Below, one piece after another: positions 25,085 through 37,200 of a stretch of 64,000 nt of DNA. The stretch is taken from positions 876,108 through 940,107 of the forward strand of contig NW_003314334.1 of the NCBI RefSeq assembly GCF_000143415.4, given 5' to 3'. Positions within the stretch are counted from its first letter, which is position 1. Each line of letters opens with the position of its first letter. The DNA is from Selaginella moellendorffii (lineage: Eukaryota; Plantae; Lycopodiophyta). The notes under the pieces were generated by a model. It saw only the letters and a list, made by a program, of their open reading frames with translations, was not told where the DNA came from and made no database searches. Both the position numbers and the translations under genes were made by a program.

Positions 25085-27931
25085 TCAAACGGATTGTTTG
25101 TAAATGTTGGACAAAAGCACGTACGGAGCAGCGCAATCCAGCGACGCCCCAAGATCATCGCCGCGGAAGCTCCGTACGCCCCCTGTCCGGCCCCCGGCAA
25201 GGAGCGCCATGGCCGCCGCTCGATCGGCCTTGAAGGGCATCTCTCTCGCGAGCTCTTGCGCCTCGCGGATCCACCCAATCCGCGAGAAGAGATCGATGAC
25301 GCAGGCGTAGTGCTCCGCGATTGGATCCACGCTGAAATCGGCTTGCATCGACGTGAAGTAGGATCGCCCGCGGCGGAAATCGCCGCTTTGGCTGCAGGCC
25401 GCGAGGATGGAGACGATCGCGGCCTTGTCTGCGACGAATCCCTCGACCACCATCTCCGAGAAGAGCTCTAGCGCCAAGATGGAATGCCCGTTCTGGGCAT
25501 ATGCTGTGACCATCGCGGACCAGCAAATTTCATCTCTTCTCGGGATGGAATCGAAGACCCTCTTGGCTCTAATCGTCTTTCCACTGCGCGCAAGGATTCC
25601 AATCATTGCTGTCGCTACCCTCTCGTCGTGTTCTAGCGCTCCATCGATGAGAACGTCTCGCCCCAGTTCGAATTCCTCGATCATCGCGGCGGCGTCCAGG
25701 GCGATCACCAGCGTCGCTCGATCCGGCTGGATTCCCTGCGATTTCATCTGCTGGTAGAGCTCCAGCCCGGCGCCCGGATGCCCGTTCTGGGCGTACGCGC
25801 CGATCATAGCGTTCCAGGTCGCGGTGTTGACCGTGTTCTTCGCGTGGATCGCCCGGTCAAACGCGGTCTTCGCCTCCTCCAAGCTCTTACACTTGCCATA
25901 CATGGCGATCGCCGCGTTGGTCGCGAGGATTTGGATCTCCTCGCGGGGATTCGAGGAGAGGCTGATCATCTGGGCGTGGATCTTCCTCGCGAGCGTCAAA
26001 TCCCCGAGGCTCGAGCACGCATCCATGGCGCTCGCGAAGCTCGCGGCGTCGGGCTCGCAGCGGTGATCCATCATCGCAGCGAAGATCTCGAGAGCTTCTC
26101 TGGGACGATTGTTGCGAGCGTAGGCCTGGATCAGGCTTGTCCACACCGCCGCGTCGCGATCGTCTCCATCGCCCTGTTCTTTCTCCAATCCATCGAAGAC
26201 CCTCTTGGATTCTTCCACGAATCCGAGTCTCCCATACATCTGGATGAGCGCCGTCGCGATCGAATTCTCGCGATCCATGCTCGCGATCCGCGAGTGGAAT
26301 CGCCTGCCAAGATCGATGCTCGAGCAAACGCTCAAGATCGAGAGGAATGCCAGGCGATCCGGCACGATACCACGGCGATCCATCCGCTGGAAGAGCTCCA
26401 GCGCCTGGGATCCATAGCCGCTTTGCGCGTAGCTCGCGATCATCGCACTCCAGCACGAGGCGTCTGGATCGCCCAAGCGATCAAACACCGACTTGGCTTC
26501 CTCGAGAGATCCACACCGGCGATAGAGATTGACGAGGTGGCTGCCAAGAACATTGTCTCGATCCATGCTCCGGCCATAGAAGCTCTCGATGTGGGCGTGG
26601 ATCATTCGCCCGGGATCGATAGCTCGCTGCTTCAAGCATCCGGCTAGAAGCGTGGCATAAGTGATTCTATCTGGAAGAACACCCTCTTGGATCATCCAGA
26701 GGTAGAGAAGAACACTCTCCAGAAAATGCCCATTAGCGGCATTTGCTGATATTATCGCAGTCCATGACACAAGATCTCTCTCTTCCATCGCGGCAAAAAC
26801 ATTCCGCGCTCTCTCCACGCTGCCACATCTTCCGTACATCGTGATCAAGGCGTTGTCAAGGAAAAGAGCCGAACCGATCGCGCACAGAAAGATCAATCCA
26901 TGAATCTTCACTCCATGCGCAAGGTGCTCGCTCCCACAGCACGAATCTAGCAGGACCGAGAAGCTCATCCGGTCCGGTCTGACGCTCTTCAACTGGATCA
27001 TAGATTCCAGCGCTTGGATCGCCTCCGTAAAACACCCGTTCTGGGCATTTGCCGCGATGATCGCGTTCCACGACGCAAGATTTCGCAAGCCCATGGTCGC
27101 AAACACCGCTCTTGCCTCTTCTACTCTCCGGCACCGCCCGTACATCCGGATCAGTGCGTTGTCTATCGCTGGGTCACCACGGAGAGCCTTCCGTACGCTC
27201 TCTTTGTCGATGAATCGCCCAATCTCAAGCTCTCGCGGACGATCGCCCCCACATCCGTCCAGCAGGCTAGCTAGCGTGATGCGATCCGGCGGCACCGCGC
27301 TCTCATCCATCTTGCGATAGAGCTCTAGCGCTCGATCGAGCTCGCCATGCTGGGAGAGAACCGCGATGATCGAATTCCATGCGATCACGTCCTTGGCGAG
27401 GATCGAGTGAAACGCCGAGAGGGATTCTTCCACGCTGCCCAGCCGGCCATAGGCGTTGACGATCGCGGTGCCCACGATCGTCTCGCCGTGGATGCCTGCC
27501 GAGATGGTTTCCGCGTGGATCTCCCGGATGGATTGGAGCGAATCAAGAGCGCCCAGCAGCGCGACGAAGACGACGCTGTCTGGGCGGAGCCCCGATCGCT
27601 GGATCATGTCCGAGTAGAGCTCCACAGCCGCGGTGGAATGCCCATTCTGGGCAAAGGCCGCGATCATGGAGCTCCACGAGAAGAGATTCTTGCGGGCGAT
27701 GGAATGGAACACCTTGGCCGCCTCATCCACTCGGCCACACTCGCCATACATCCTCACGACGAGGTTTTGGAGGAATCGATCGTGGCGGTGGCGGGACGAG
27801 GCGATTATCCGCTGGTGGACGAGAGATCCCTCGGCGAAGTCCCGCGATCGCGCGCATTCTCGCAGGAGAGAGGCAAATCCCTGCGCGTCGAGGTCGCCCA
27901 CGAGGCTGGATTTGAGGCGCTCGCTCGTCAT
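25085..27931 (-). CDS. PLS-class pentatricopeptide repeat protein ending in a truncated E domain (no DYW)
   Basis: Intronless ORF of about 950 aa with repeated NALIxMYGxCG..A..VF..M..SWNAII..AQNG units. It ends HYACVIDLFSRIG..MPFK..PYVLLSNIY*. Confidence 0.93.
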   Translation of the reverse strand: MTSERLKSSLVGDLDAQGFASLLRECARSRDFAEGSLVHQRIIASSRHRHDRFLQNLVVRMYGECGRVDEAAKVFHSIARKNLFSWSSMIAAFAQNGHSTAAVELYSDMIQRSGLRPDSVVFVALLGALDSLQSIREIHAETISAGIHGETIVGTAIVNAYGRLGSVEESLSAFHSILAKDVIAWNSIIAVLSQHGELDRALELYRKMDESAVPPDRITLASLLDGCGGDRPRELEIGRFIDKESVRKALRGDPAIDNALIRMYGRCRRVEEARAVFATMGLRNLASWNAIIAANAQNGCFTEAIQALESMIQLKSVRPDRMSFSVLLDSCCGSEHLAHGVKIHGLIFLCAIGSALFLDNALITMYGRCGSVERARNVFAAMEERDLVSWTAIISANAANGHFLESVLLYLWMIQEGVLPDRITYATLLAGCLKQRAIDPGRMIHAHIESFYGRSMDRDNVLGSHLVNLYRRCGSLEEAKSVFDRLGDPDASCWSAMIASYAQSGYGSQALELFQRMDRRGIVPDRLAFLSILSVCSSIDLGRRFHSRIASMDRENSIATALIQMYGRLGFVEESKRVFDGLEKEQGDGDDRDAAVWTSLIQAYARNNRPREALEIFAAMMDHRCEPDAASFASAMDACSSLGDLTLARKIHAQMISLSSNPREEIQILATNAAIAMYGKCKSLEEAKTAFDRAIHAKNTVNTATWNAMIGAYAQNGHPGAGLELYQQMKSQGIQPDRATLVIALDAAAMIEEFELGRDVLIDGALEHDERVATAMIGILARSGKTIRAKRVFDSIPRRDEICWSAMVTAYAQNGHSILALELFSEMVVEGFVADKAAIVSILAACSQSGDFRRGRSYFTSMQADFSVDPIAEHYACVIDLFSRIGWIREAQELAREMPFKADRAAAMALLAGGRTGGVRSFRGDDLGASLDCAAPYVLLSNIYKQSV

Positions 27932-28199
27932 CGCCCATTCTTTGGAAGTTCCTCTCACATTTTCGTGAGAATGCTGTGCGATCCCTGGAGTGAGGCCAGT
28001 GTAAGAAGAAACAAGGCCACACCTGTGGACATCATCGCTACTCTGCGAGCGTTGGAACGAGCGAAATGCCTTCGAAGAACCCTAATAATTTGGAAAGTCA
28101 AATATGCTAGAATATACTTATAGAAGAGCCCTAATACATTGAAAAAGTGATATTCTAGGATATGCTTTATTTTGAAAATGGCCTTTTTGCCTTTTGTCG

Positions 28200-28748
28200 T
28201 TATCTATGGATTTCGAGCACTGGAATTGGAGCGAGCATTCGTCTTTCCCAAAGTGGTGTCACGCCACTTGATTCCTTTCCACGATCATCATCGTGCTCGT
28301 GCTTTGCGAAGCTTGTCAATCTTTCAAACCTGTCCTTCCAAACAGTGTTGCCCCGAACCTTCGCGAAGAGCTCGGATGGAAGACGTCGATACTGCGAGCT
28401 GGATCGTTGTTCCTCTCCAGAATTCGAAGGAGAGGTGCTGGAAGTGGAAGCTCCTCCAAAGAGCCTCCTCACCAGCCTCGAGCACCATCCATCACTACTG
28501 TGCTTCTCTTGGAAAACCCCCTTTCTCGTGAAGATGCTCCTCAATCGTCCCGAGCATCCAACACTCACAAAATCCTCCTCCTCCTTTCTCTGCCGCTGTC
28601 GCTGCTGCTGCTGCTGCTGATGATGATGATGATCTCCGTCTTGAGAACACTGTAAATCCAAGTCCTGCATTTCAATCCCGGAAAGACGAGGTAGCAAGGT
28701 ACCTCCAGTAACTTGGCGCTGGCCACTCGGAGAGCTATAAGACTTCAT
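28200..28748 (-). CDS. Uncharacterised plant protein with poly-His/Gln tract
   Basis: 182-aa ATG ORF. The C-terminal PLWERRMLAPIPVL resembles LWxRR motifs of uncharacterised plant proteins. A trinucleotide repeat lies at about 28600-28633. Confidence 0.5.
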   Translation of the reverse strand: MKSYSSPSGQRQVTGGTLLPRLSGIEMQDLDLQCSQDGDHHHHQQQQQQRQRQRKEEEDFVSVGCSGRLRSIFTRKGVFQEKHSSDGWCSRLVRRLFGGASTSSTSPSNSGEEQRSSSQYRRLPSELFAKVRGNTVWKDRFERLTSFAKHEHDDDRGKESSGVTPLWERRMLAPIPVLEIHR

Positions 28749-28985
28749 CCTACGAGGTCGTCGACTCGTGGCTCCATCCGTGCTTTAAAAAGAACGAGTA
28801 AACAAGGAACTGTTCAACTCTAGCCGCCACTTACCGCGTTACAAACCTGGGATCAGCTCCATTGATCACGCGTTTGAAAGTTTCTCTCTGCTGGTAGGCT
28901 AGCGAGTCCTGGAAGATCAATTAAAAACCTTATCTAGTTAATAGTTAATCCGCAGAAAGCAGAGTATAGATTCCTCGTTGCCAGT

Positions 28986-30312
28986 TCAAAGTCGAGACTT
29001 TCTCTCGGAACCAAGCTTCGACTCCTTGTCGCCGTCAAATACAACAACAACTTTTCCCAAGACCTCTCTTTGCACGATGGATGAGAAAGCCAAATTAACC
29101 TGAAAACAAGCATTAGATGGCACTGCTCAATCGGCATCTAGAATGTGAGAGACTGACCTCGGACAAATCGTAAGTGTGTGAAACATTGATCTGGATCGAA
29201 CCATCCGCAAGCATTTCAATTAACTGTTGTAGGGAAGTTTCTAGGACCTCTGGGTGGTGTACCTTATAGCTTCCCCAGTAAAGTCCATGGACTGTCAAGT
29301 TCTATAAAAGAAGAACAAAAACTTTACATCCACAAGCTTAAAGGCAAGCATACTGACCTTAACAAGTGCTATGTTTGCAGGAAGAGAAGGGATCTCTCCA
29401 CTTGCAAAGCCAACTATTATGATTTGTGCTCCCCAGCGGCAGAGCCTGAGGCCTTCCTTGAAATGCTTCCCCCCGACAGGATCATAGAGCACATCGACTC
29501 CAGAGAGCTTTCTACTTTTCAAGAATGCTGGTACGGCTTTGAGGAGGCTCTCAGTCCCGGAATCAACCACAAGGTCGGCCCCCATTGATCTTAAAAGACT
29601 TGTCTTGCTACTCCCTCTGAAAATTCCTGCGTTAGCTAAAGAGTATGGAATGGAATAAATACCTTGCAGTAGCTATAACGATCGCTCCACACAACTTGCC
29701 GATTTGTACTGCTGCCAGGCCAACTCCACCAGCAGCTCCGAGCACGAGCAGCACCTGAAAGATATAAGAATCAAATCTGCAAGCAATTCCAGGAAAAAAC
29801 ATCACATACCTGTCCTCGTCTAAGATTTGCTCGGTGAACTAATCCAACGTGTGAAGTTCCAAACGCGACTGGAAGCCCTGCTGCTGCAATGAGATCACAG
29901 CCAGAGGGAACCTTGTAGCTGGAAGAAAAAACCAAGACTTGTAAAATCTAGCCAAGAGAAAAGATACTTACAGATATTTTTCGTCAGTGACCAGCTCCTC
30001 GGCATAAGATCCCAGGTCCACCACGCCACAGACGTGATCCCCCACCTTAACGCGTTTGACGTGATCCCCAACCTCGATCACCGCGCCCGAGAAATCACCA
30101 CCGGGGGTGAATGGCAGCGCTGGCTTCTCCTGGTACTTACCCTCGATCGACAAAACTGTGGCGAAATTCACACTCACGGCGGCTACCCGGACTCTCACCG
30201 AGGAATTCGATACCATCCGGGGCCGTGGATGATCCTCGTCGACGAAGAGAGGGCCATTCTCGGATGGAGCAAGCGTTGGATCGCCATAGGACTTGACGAG
30301 CAGCGCCCTCAT
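28986..30312 (-). CDS. Quinone oxidoreductase-like (zeta-crystallin/MDR) protein with peroxisomal PTS1
   Basis: GKYQEKPALPFTPG; LPVAFGTSH; VLGAAGGVGLAAVQIGK; GVDVLYDPVGG; GFASGEIPSLPANIALVK; GLYWGSY. Spliced last exon ends ..ERKSRL*. Confidence 0.9.
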
Positions 30313-30366
30313 TGCGCCCTCCCTTGACTAAAAACCCTGGAAAAATGGAGCGCCCATGTCAACCGC

Positions 30367-30930
30367 TTATAACATGAGATTGGAGAAGTAGCTTTGGAAC
30401 TCGGCATCGATCGTGGGAGCGCTGTCTTCTTGCTCCAATCGCGGCCTCCCGGAAGAAAGAACGAATAGTTTCCTGTCGCTGGCGTTGTCTTCTTCGATCG
30501 CATCGCGGCGCTGCGATAGATCGTCCCCGGTGATGGATTCGTGGAGAAGAGGAGGGAGATCCCGGAAAGATCCAGCTCGTTCTTGGTCGATCCCGTCGCG
30601 ATGCAACGATATTTCGGAGCCGGAGATGGAATCTTGGAGGAGAGGAAAAGCATTGTGGCAAGATTTACCTCGTTCTTGGTCGTCCACTTCCTCCTCGATG
30701 CTCGTCACCGTGCTGGCGCTGGCGCTCAGCTCGCATTGCATCTCCTGGGGCGAGATTTCGGTCCGGCCAATGCGATTCGCGCTTGAACCGCTGGAATTCT
30801 TCGAATCCTCGGCCTCTTCCTCAGCTTCTACTCTGGATCGCTTGCAATCGCTCGCAGCCTCACGAAGATCGCCGCCATTGCGGCAGCTCCCCTTTCTTTT
30901 TTTGGAGTCGCTGCCCTGATGATCATCCAT
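30367..30930 (-). CDS. Uncharacterised acidic/low-complexity protein with conserved-looking C-terminal motif
   Basis: ORF with NLS-like KKRK. The ending LFVLSSGR..PTIDAEFQSYFSNLML* resembles, from memory, the C-terminus of an uncharacterised plant family. Confidence 0.65.
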   Translation of the reverse strand: MDDHQGSDSKKRKGSCRNGGDLREAASDCKRSRVEAEEEAEDSKNSSGSSANRIGRTEISPQEMQCELSASASTVTSIEEEVDDQERGKSCHNAFPLLQDSISGSEISLHRDGIDQERAGSFRDLPPLLHESITGDDLSQRRDAIEEDNASDRKLFVLSSGRPRLEQEDSAPTIDAEFQSYFSNLML

Positions 30931-31390
30931 GCATGATCGATATCCCTTCTTCACGATATGGTGGTTTTGCTTCTAGCCTGGTTGGGCCACACGGTCCAAA
31001 ATTCCACTAGGAATAGCGTACGAACACATGAAAATCTTAGCCTTTTGTTGATAGCAACGGTTCTAGAGAAGCGCACAGGGCATGGGCGATCAGGCGAGCA
31101 TATTCCATAACGTGGCATATTCCGTTTTTCTTTAACCATCCGTTAAAAGCAGAAGTGAATATTCTGGCAGGTCTCGATGAGAGACACGTGGACGGCCAGA
31201 CAAATCACCTGCTTCATTTCTTCTCCTTCCGCCCAGCGAAATGTAGCAGCCTCTTTCTTAGGGTTGGATTGGAACGGCAAGATCTCGCTAGGGCGTCGAA
31301 ATCCCGCGCCGCGGCGTCGATCTTTAGCTTGGCGAGGTGAGGAATTCTCGCGGCCTGTGCTGGCATTGTGATCTCCAGGCGGGAGGAGGA

Positions 31391-33493
31391 ATGGCCGTCT
31401 TGACGGATGATCAGCGCAAAGTCATGAGCTCCGCTTGCATGGAGAGGGGCCGGGAGAAGAATTCGAGCAATCGTAAAAAGCCATGCAAGGCAAAGAAAGG
31501 TTTGCATGAATTTCGGATCCATCGATTCGTGTTCTCTCGATTAAAATTTTTTGTTCTCTCTAGCTGGCGGGAGCGGGAAAGGCACCTGGGGCAGCCAACT
31601 GGATCAGATAGTCGAGCTTAGAATCCATCCCGACGATCCAAATTACGATAGCGAGGAAGTAAGTTCATTTTTTTTTTCGATAGAAAACGCAAGTTACGAT
31701 AGATTTTTTATCTGTTCTAGGAACCTTACTGGCTGGTGGAAGCTCCGGTTGCCGAATCCGTGGAAGAATTCAAGGGAAGAGTCCTGTTAGCCATCGAGGA
31801 GTACTTCATGTCGTCGAACATAGACGAGGCAGCTCAAGAGCTACGTGATCTCGGGTGCCCGGACTTTCAGCACTACTTTGTGAAGAAGCTCGTCTCCATA
31901 GCCATGGACAAGCGTGATCGCGAGAAGGAAAAGGCCGCGGTGCTGCTCTCGGCATTGTATGCCGACGTTGTTCCAGCGGACCAGATGGCTAAAGGCTTCC
32001 GGAAGTTGCTTCTCTCAGTGGACAACTTGGTGCTGGATAATCCCAACGCAGTCAAGATCTTGGCGGTGTTCGTGGCTCGCGCAGTGGTGGACGACATACT
32101 TCCACCCGCATTTCTCACGGACGCACAGAAGCTCTTGGCAGAAGGATCCAAGGGGATGGAAGTTGTGAACAAGGCTATGGCAACGCACTTGGGACCATCT
32201 GCTCATGCCGACATGGTGGAGAAGAAATGGGGAGGAAGTACTCGCTCAACGGTGGAGCTTCTGGTGAAGAAGATAGACGAGACGCTCGAGGAGTATAGAG
32301 AATCCGGGGACGTAACAAAGGCCTGCCAGTGCATCCGAGAGCTTGACATGGGCTACTATCACCACGAGCTCGTGAAGAGGGCCGCTACCTTGTCCCTGAA
32401 GAGCAACAAGAGCACGCAAAGTTCCTTGTTGGCGTTACTCAAGCACTGCTCGGAAGAAGGCCTCATCAGCCCCAGCCAGATGTCGAAAGGCTTCATGAGA
32501 TGTCTCGAGGAGTCGAGCGCCGAGGCTCGCGAGAAGTTGAAGCCGCTGGTGTCAGCGGCAGTGAATGAAGGATGGCTGAGTCCTTCGCTCCAGACTTCGT
32601 TAGCTTCGGCAGCTCCAGAGCCCGACTTCTCAAGCGCAGAGTTCAAGAAAAAGTCCACGGCCATCATCCACGAGTACTTCTCGTCCGACGACTCCCAGGA
32701 AGTTTTGAGGAGCTTGCAAGACCTGGCGAGCGTCCAGGACTTGTACCCTCTCTTCATCAAGAGGCTCATTCTGCTAGCGATGGACAGGAGAAGCCGGGAG
32801 AAAGAGATGGCTTCGAGCTTGCTGTCAATTATCCACACAGAGTCCGACACTGACCAAGTTGCCAAGGGGTTCGTCCTGCTTCTCGAGTCCGCCGAAGACA
32901 CAGCACTGGACACTCCAGACGCAGGAACTCAGCTCACTTTCTTCCTCGCCAGGGCCGTGTTTGACAACGTCCTCACGCCGTTCTACCTGGAACAGATCAA
33001 GGGACAACTTCTAGAGAACTCGCTGGGAAGAGAGATCGTCGGCAACGCCAAGAGCATCCTCTCGGCCCAACACGCCGGCGAGAGGATCCTCCGGTGCTGG
33101 GGTGGCGGCACAGGCTGGGCGATCGAAGACGCGAAAGACAAAGTTTTTAAGATCGTGGAGGAGTTCGAAGCTGGCGGGGACTTGACGGAGGCGTGCCGGT
33201 GCATCCGCGAGCTCAACATGCCGTTTTTCCACCACGAGATCGTCAAGCGGGTGCTAGACATGGCGATGGAGAAGCAAAACGAGCGGCCGCTGGAGCTGCT
33301 GGAGCAGTGCTCGAGGGAGGGGCTCATCACCACCAGCCAGATGTGTGCCGGATTCACCAGGGTCTACAACTTGCTCAACGAGCTCGCGCTCGACGTCCCC
33401 AACGCGCACGAGAAGTTCCAGAGCTACGTCGAGACCGCGAAGCAGGCGAAGTGGCTGCGCGGCGAGTTTGATTTCCAGGGAGGCCTGTGCTAG
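31391..33493 (+). CDS. MA3-domain translation regulatory factor (PDCD4/MRF-like)
   Basis: GGSGKGTWG..DDPNYDSEE followed by four MA3 repeats (IEEYF..ELRDLG..HYFVKKLVSIAMD; WGG; HHELVKR; WGGGTGWAIEDAKDK). Confidence 0.92.
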
Positions 33494-33712
33494 ATCGAAG
33501 CGCAAGAGTTTTGGAGGATCTCACCGAAGAAACTTTGGATCACTGCGACAAGGGTACGTAAATTTTCCATCCTTTTTGTTCTTGACAGTGGGTATTTTGT
33601 TCTTGGGCAGTGGCTGACACTCGAGCTCCATGCCAGCATCGATCTTGTGAATAAACCCAGAAGAGAATTTGTGGAAAAAACTAGCCTACATTTTGCGCGT
33701 CCTTCGTCTTCT

Positions 33713-33889
33713 TCATCGCATCTTTGCTTCGTTGAAGACGACGTGCTTGTTTACCCGTGGATCGTACTTGACGAGCTCCAGCTTGTGGGGCGTCTTGCGC
33801 GGATTCTTGGAGGTGACATAGAAGAATCCCGTGGCCGCCGAGGAGACGAGGCGGATGAGAATGCGCCCAGTCTTCTTCCCCTTCGCCAT
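33713..33889 (-). CDS. RPL33: Ribosomal protein L33 (bL33, probably mitochondrial), 58 aa
   Basis: Hand translation: [58 protein letters not shown]. Not listed in the ORF track, apparently below its length cutoff. Confidence 0.93.
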   Translation of the reverse strand: MAKGKKTGRILIRLVSSAATGFFYVTSKNPRKTPHKLELVKYDPRVNKHVVFNEAKMR

Positions 33890-33896
33890 CGCCTAT

Positions 33897-33930
33897 AAAC
33901 CCTAAATCTCCAATCGCCCAAAGCCCTAAA
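33897..33930. promoter_or_regulatory. Telo-box motifs (AAACCCTA and a variant) just upstream of RPL33
   Basis: AAACCCTAAA at about 33897 and AAGCCCTAAA at about 33921. Telo-boxes are typical of plant translation-machinery genes. Similar motifs occur near 14644, 20074, 46395 and 50235. Confidence 0.55.
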
Positions 33931-34246
33931 TCTTCATAGATCTCGACGGTCCACGTGTGGACGATTGGGGCCGTGCCACATGTCGGGCGCAGAAGGGCGC
34001 ATTGCTGGCGCGCTTGCGACTGTTGGATTGGGGGAAGATCGGAAAGACTAGAGTGGGGGTTTTTTGTTGATTGGGGAAGCGTGTCGAGGGATCTCGCGAA
34101 GCATTTTGCTGTGGATTGCTGGATTTGCGCTTTGCGCTTTGTGGCGAGCTAAGGGACGCTGGTGATCGTGTTAACCCTAAATCTCTTCTTCTCTCCGGGC
34201 GGGGCGGGGCGAGCGGTCGATCCATCCATGCGTGTGCGCCGCGGCG

Positions 34247-37200
34247 ATGATCGAGAGCGTGGTTGAGGGCGCATTGGGCGTCGCCAAAGAGTAAGCTAGG
34301 GGATTTTGGGGTTCTCGTCTAGATTTTGATTCTTTCCTTTCCCGCGCTCCTCCAGGTCGATCAAGACCTTCACGCAGGAGGCCTTCAACATCACGATCAA
34401 GCTCATCAATGGATTCTCGGCAATGCTTCTCGCGCTCATTCCTGGGAAGACGGCAATGCTCGAGGGTATACAAGGATGGGAGCTCCAACCGACCTTTCGT
34501 GCTGCTCGTATGCCGCGATGGATGGAGAAGTAAGTTTTCCAAGTTTTCATTTTGTGATAGGGAGTCGGCAAGTTCTTTCGAATGCTTTTGGTTTCCTTTT
34601 TCTTTGTGGTGTTAGATCTCCCTGTGACCAGTCCTTTTAAGACACGATTGTTCCTAAGTTCCTTGCGAGCTTTTGATTCGCTTAAGTTTACTTCCTGTTC
34701 TAATGGTCGCAAGTTTTTATTTCCTCATTGTCGGCAGAGTAGACAGGGTTCCACCTTAAGTTCTTGAATATTTCCAAGTATTATTTCATTCCGTGATAGA
34801 GATTCGTCCAAAGCGAGATGTTGCTGATGCGTGGCGAGTCCTTTCAATGCTTTTGGTTTCCTTTTTTCGATGTGCTGTTCGTTCTCTCTCTGGTCAGTGA
34901 GAATTCTGTCCTTTTTAGCTGATTTAGACAGGATCGTCCTTGCAGTTTTTTTATGTTTGATTCGTTTTAGTTTCCTTCCAGTCGTGATGGTTGCAAGTTT
35001 TTCTTCTTCATTGTCAGTAAGAATTAATTCTAATTGTCTTCACGTTTCTTGAATGATCGTTTTCTCTTGTTGCCTTTTATAGTGGAGTTTCTTCCTTCAA
35101 CGAATTTATTCACGAGTACGCGGCTGATACCGACAGTGAGACTGAGTCCGAGTATGAATCTGGGTTGGACGACGATAGTATGCCACCGTCGCCATCTTCA
35201 CAAACTTCGCATTTTTCGAGGTCGAGCAGTATGTCGAGAAGGCAGGGGAGGTCCTCTCTCTTTCGGCGTTTCTTGCGTTTGATAGCTTGGCCTATACTGG
35301 TATGGAGGCAGCAGCCAAGAGAGAGCAGCAGGAGGAGATTTATATCTCACAGCCGGAGTGGAAGCTCCGGGAGCTTTACGAGCTTGTATAGCCTGGCCAG
35401 CAAACGCTTCAACAGCATGAGAGACTTTGTGATGCTGCACCAAAGCTCGGATAGTCGGAGAAGAGGTGTGATCGAGGTAAGTGATTTAGTCCTTTGTTGA
35501 AAGGTCTCGAAGAGCTAAGCCTCTTTTTTGTTTTCCTTTGCTCAGGACTTACAGCTTTTGATGGAGCTTTCCATCGAGAGATTTTTTGACGTGATGCACA
35601 ACATTCTATTCTACTTTATCTCACCCATTCAGACTATGAAAACCTTAGCTCGGAAGATTTTTTGCCAGCAAGAAGAAGCGCCTTCTCTCGAGCAGAAGAG
35701 TGTTCTGGGCGATGCTGATCCAGCTCCAACGTTTCGAGAAGCGAGGCCCAAACAGAGATTAAACACCGATGCTAGGACTTGTAAGGATATCATTACTGAC
35801 CTTGGGTGAGTATCGACATTTTCTTTCTGTTTTTTTGCAATCTTTCTTGGACTAAATATTGCATTGCAGTTACCCATATGAATGTCTCCGAGTAACCACT
35901 GAGGACGGATATGTACTTTTATTAGAAAGAATTCCCAGGTAACCTGTTGATGCTTGAGATGTAATTGTTTTTGTTGACATGAGTTTGCAGACGGGATTCG
36001 CAAAAAGTGGTGTATTTGCAGCATGGAATGTTTGACTCGTCACTCGGGTGAGTATCTATAGCATTTTTTCTTTTCGTTCGTATCAAAGCTGTTAAAAATT
36101 TCCAGATGGGTCTCAAATGGTGTTGTAGGCTCGCAGGCGTTCGCTGCGTACGACCATGGTAAGTGACAATCTCCATTTCACTCGTCTCGTGTAACGGTGT
36201 TGGCTTTTTCCAGGGTACGATGTATTTCTCGGCAACTTTCGGGGGCTAGTGTCCAGAGAGCATGTAAATAAGCATATTTCTTCCGAGAGGTCAGGCTACT
36301 CTTTCATCTCCCCTTCCCTTCTACAATCTTATGCCTTGGAGCCTTTGTTCTTCAGATATTGGAGATACTCAGTGAACGAGCACGCCACGCAGGACGTCCC
36401 TGCCATGATAAACAGATTACACGAGCTCAAGACGTCCGAGCTGCAGGAACTATCCGAATCCCCTTCGTCCACTACCGAGGAGGAGATGCCTTACACGCTG
36501 TGCGGGATCTCTCACAGCTTAGGCGGTGCGGCCATGCTCATGTACGTCGTCACAGCTCGCCTCGAAGGCCGGCCGCATCGACTCTCGAGGCTCATCCTTC
36601 TCTCGCCGGCTGGATTCCACGAGGACTCCCCCTGGCTTTTCTACATCTTGCAGTACCTCATTCCTCTGCTGGGTCCGGTGCTGCGGCCTCTCGTCCCTGG
36701 TATCTACATTCCAACGAAGTTCTTGCGGATGGTTCTCAACAAGCTCGCCCGCGACTTTCAAAACTATCCAGCTCTCGGCGGCCTCGTCCAGCTCCTCTGC
36801 GGCTCCGTCGTGGGTGGCGACAGCTCCAACTGGGTCGGAGCGCTGGGACAGACGCACTACAACATGGACGACATGCCCGGGGTGGCGTACATGGTGGCGG
36901 AGCACATGACACAGATGCTGCGCGCCAAGAGGTTCATCATGTACGACTTTGGCAGCGTCGCGGCCAACACGGAGGCGTATGGGACGCCGGAGCCGCTGGA
37001 CGTGGCGGCCTTCTACGACGTGATCGACATCCCGGTGGACTTCGTGGCCGGGAAGAAGGACCGGCTCATCCCGAGGAGCATGGTGAGGAAGCACTACGAG
37101 ACGCTCAAGGCCGCGGGGGGGCAGGCCTCGTACCAGGAGTACGAGTACGCGCACCTCGACTTTACGTTCGCGCACAGGGAGGAGCTGCTGGCTTACGTAA

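Noticed and set aside
23744-28123. Long antisense ORFs over the methyltransferase and PPR genes (e.g. 23744-24799, 25778-26647, 27347-28123)
   Set aside because: These are shadow ORFs expected from GC-rich codon usage.
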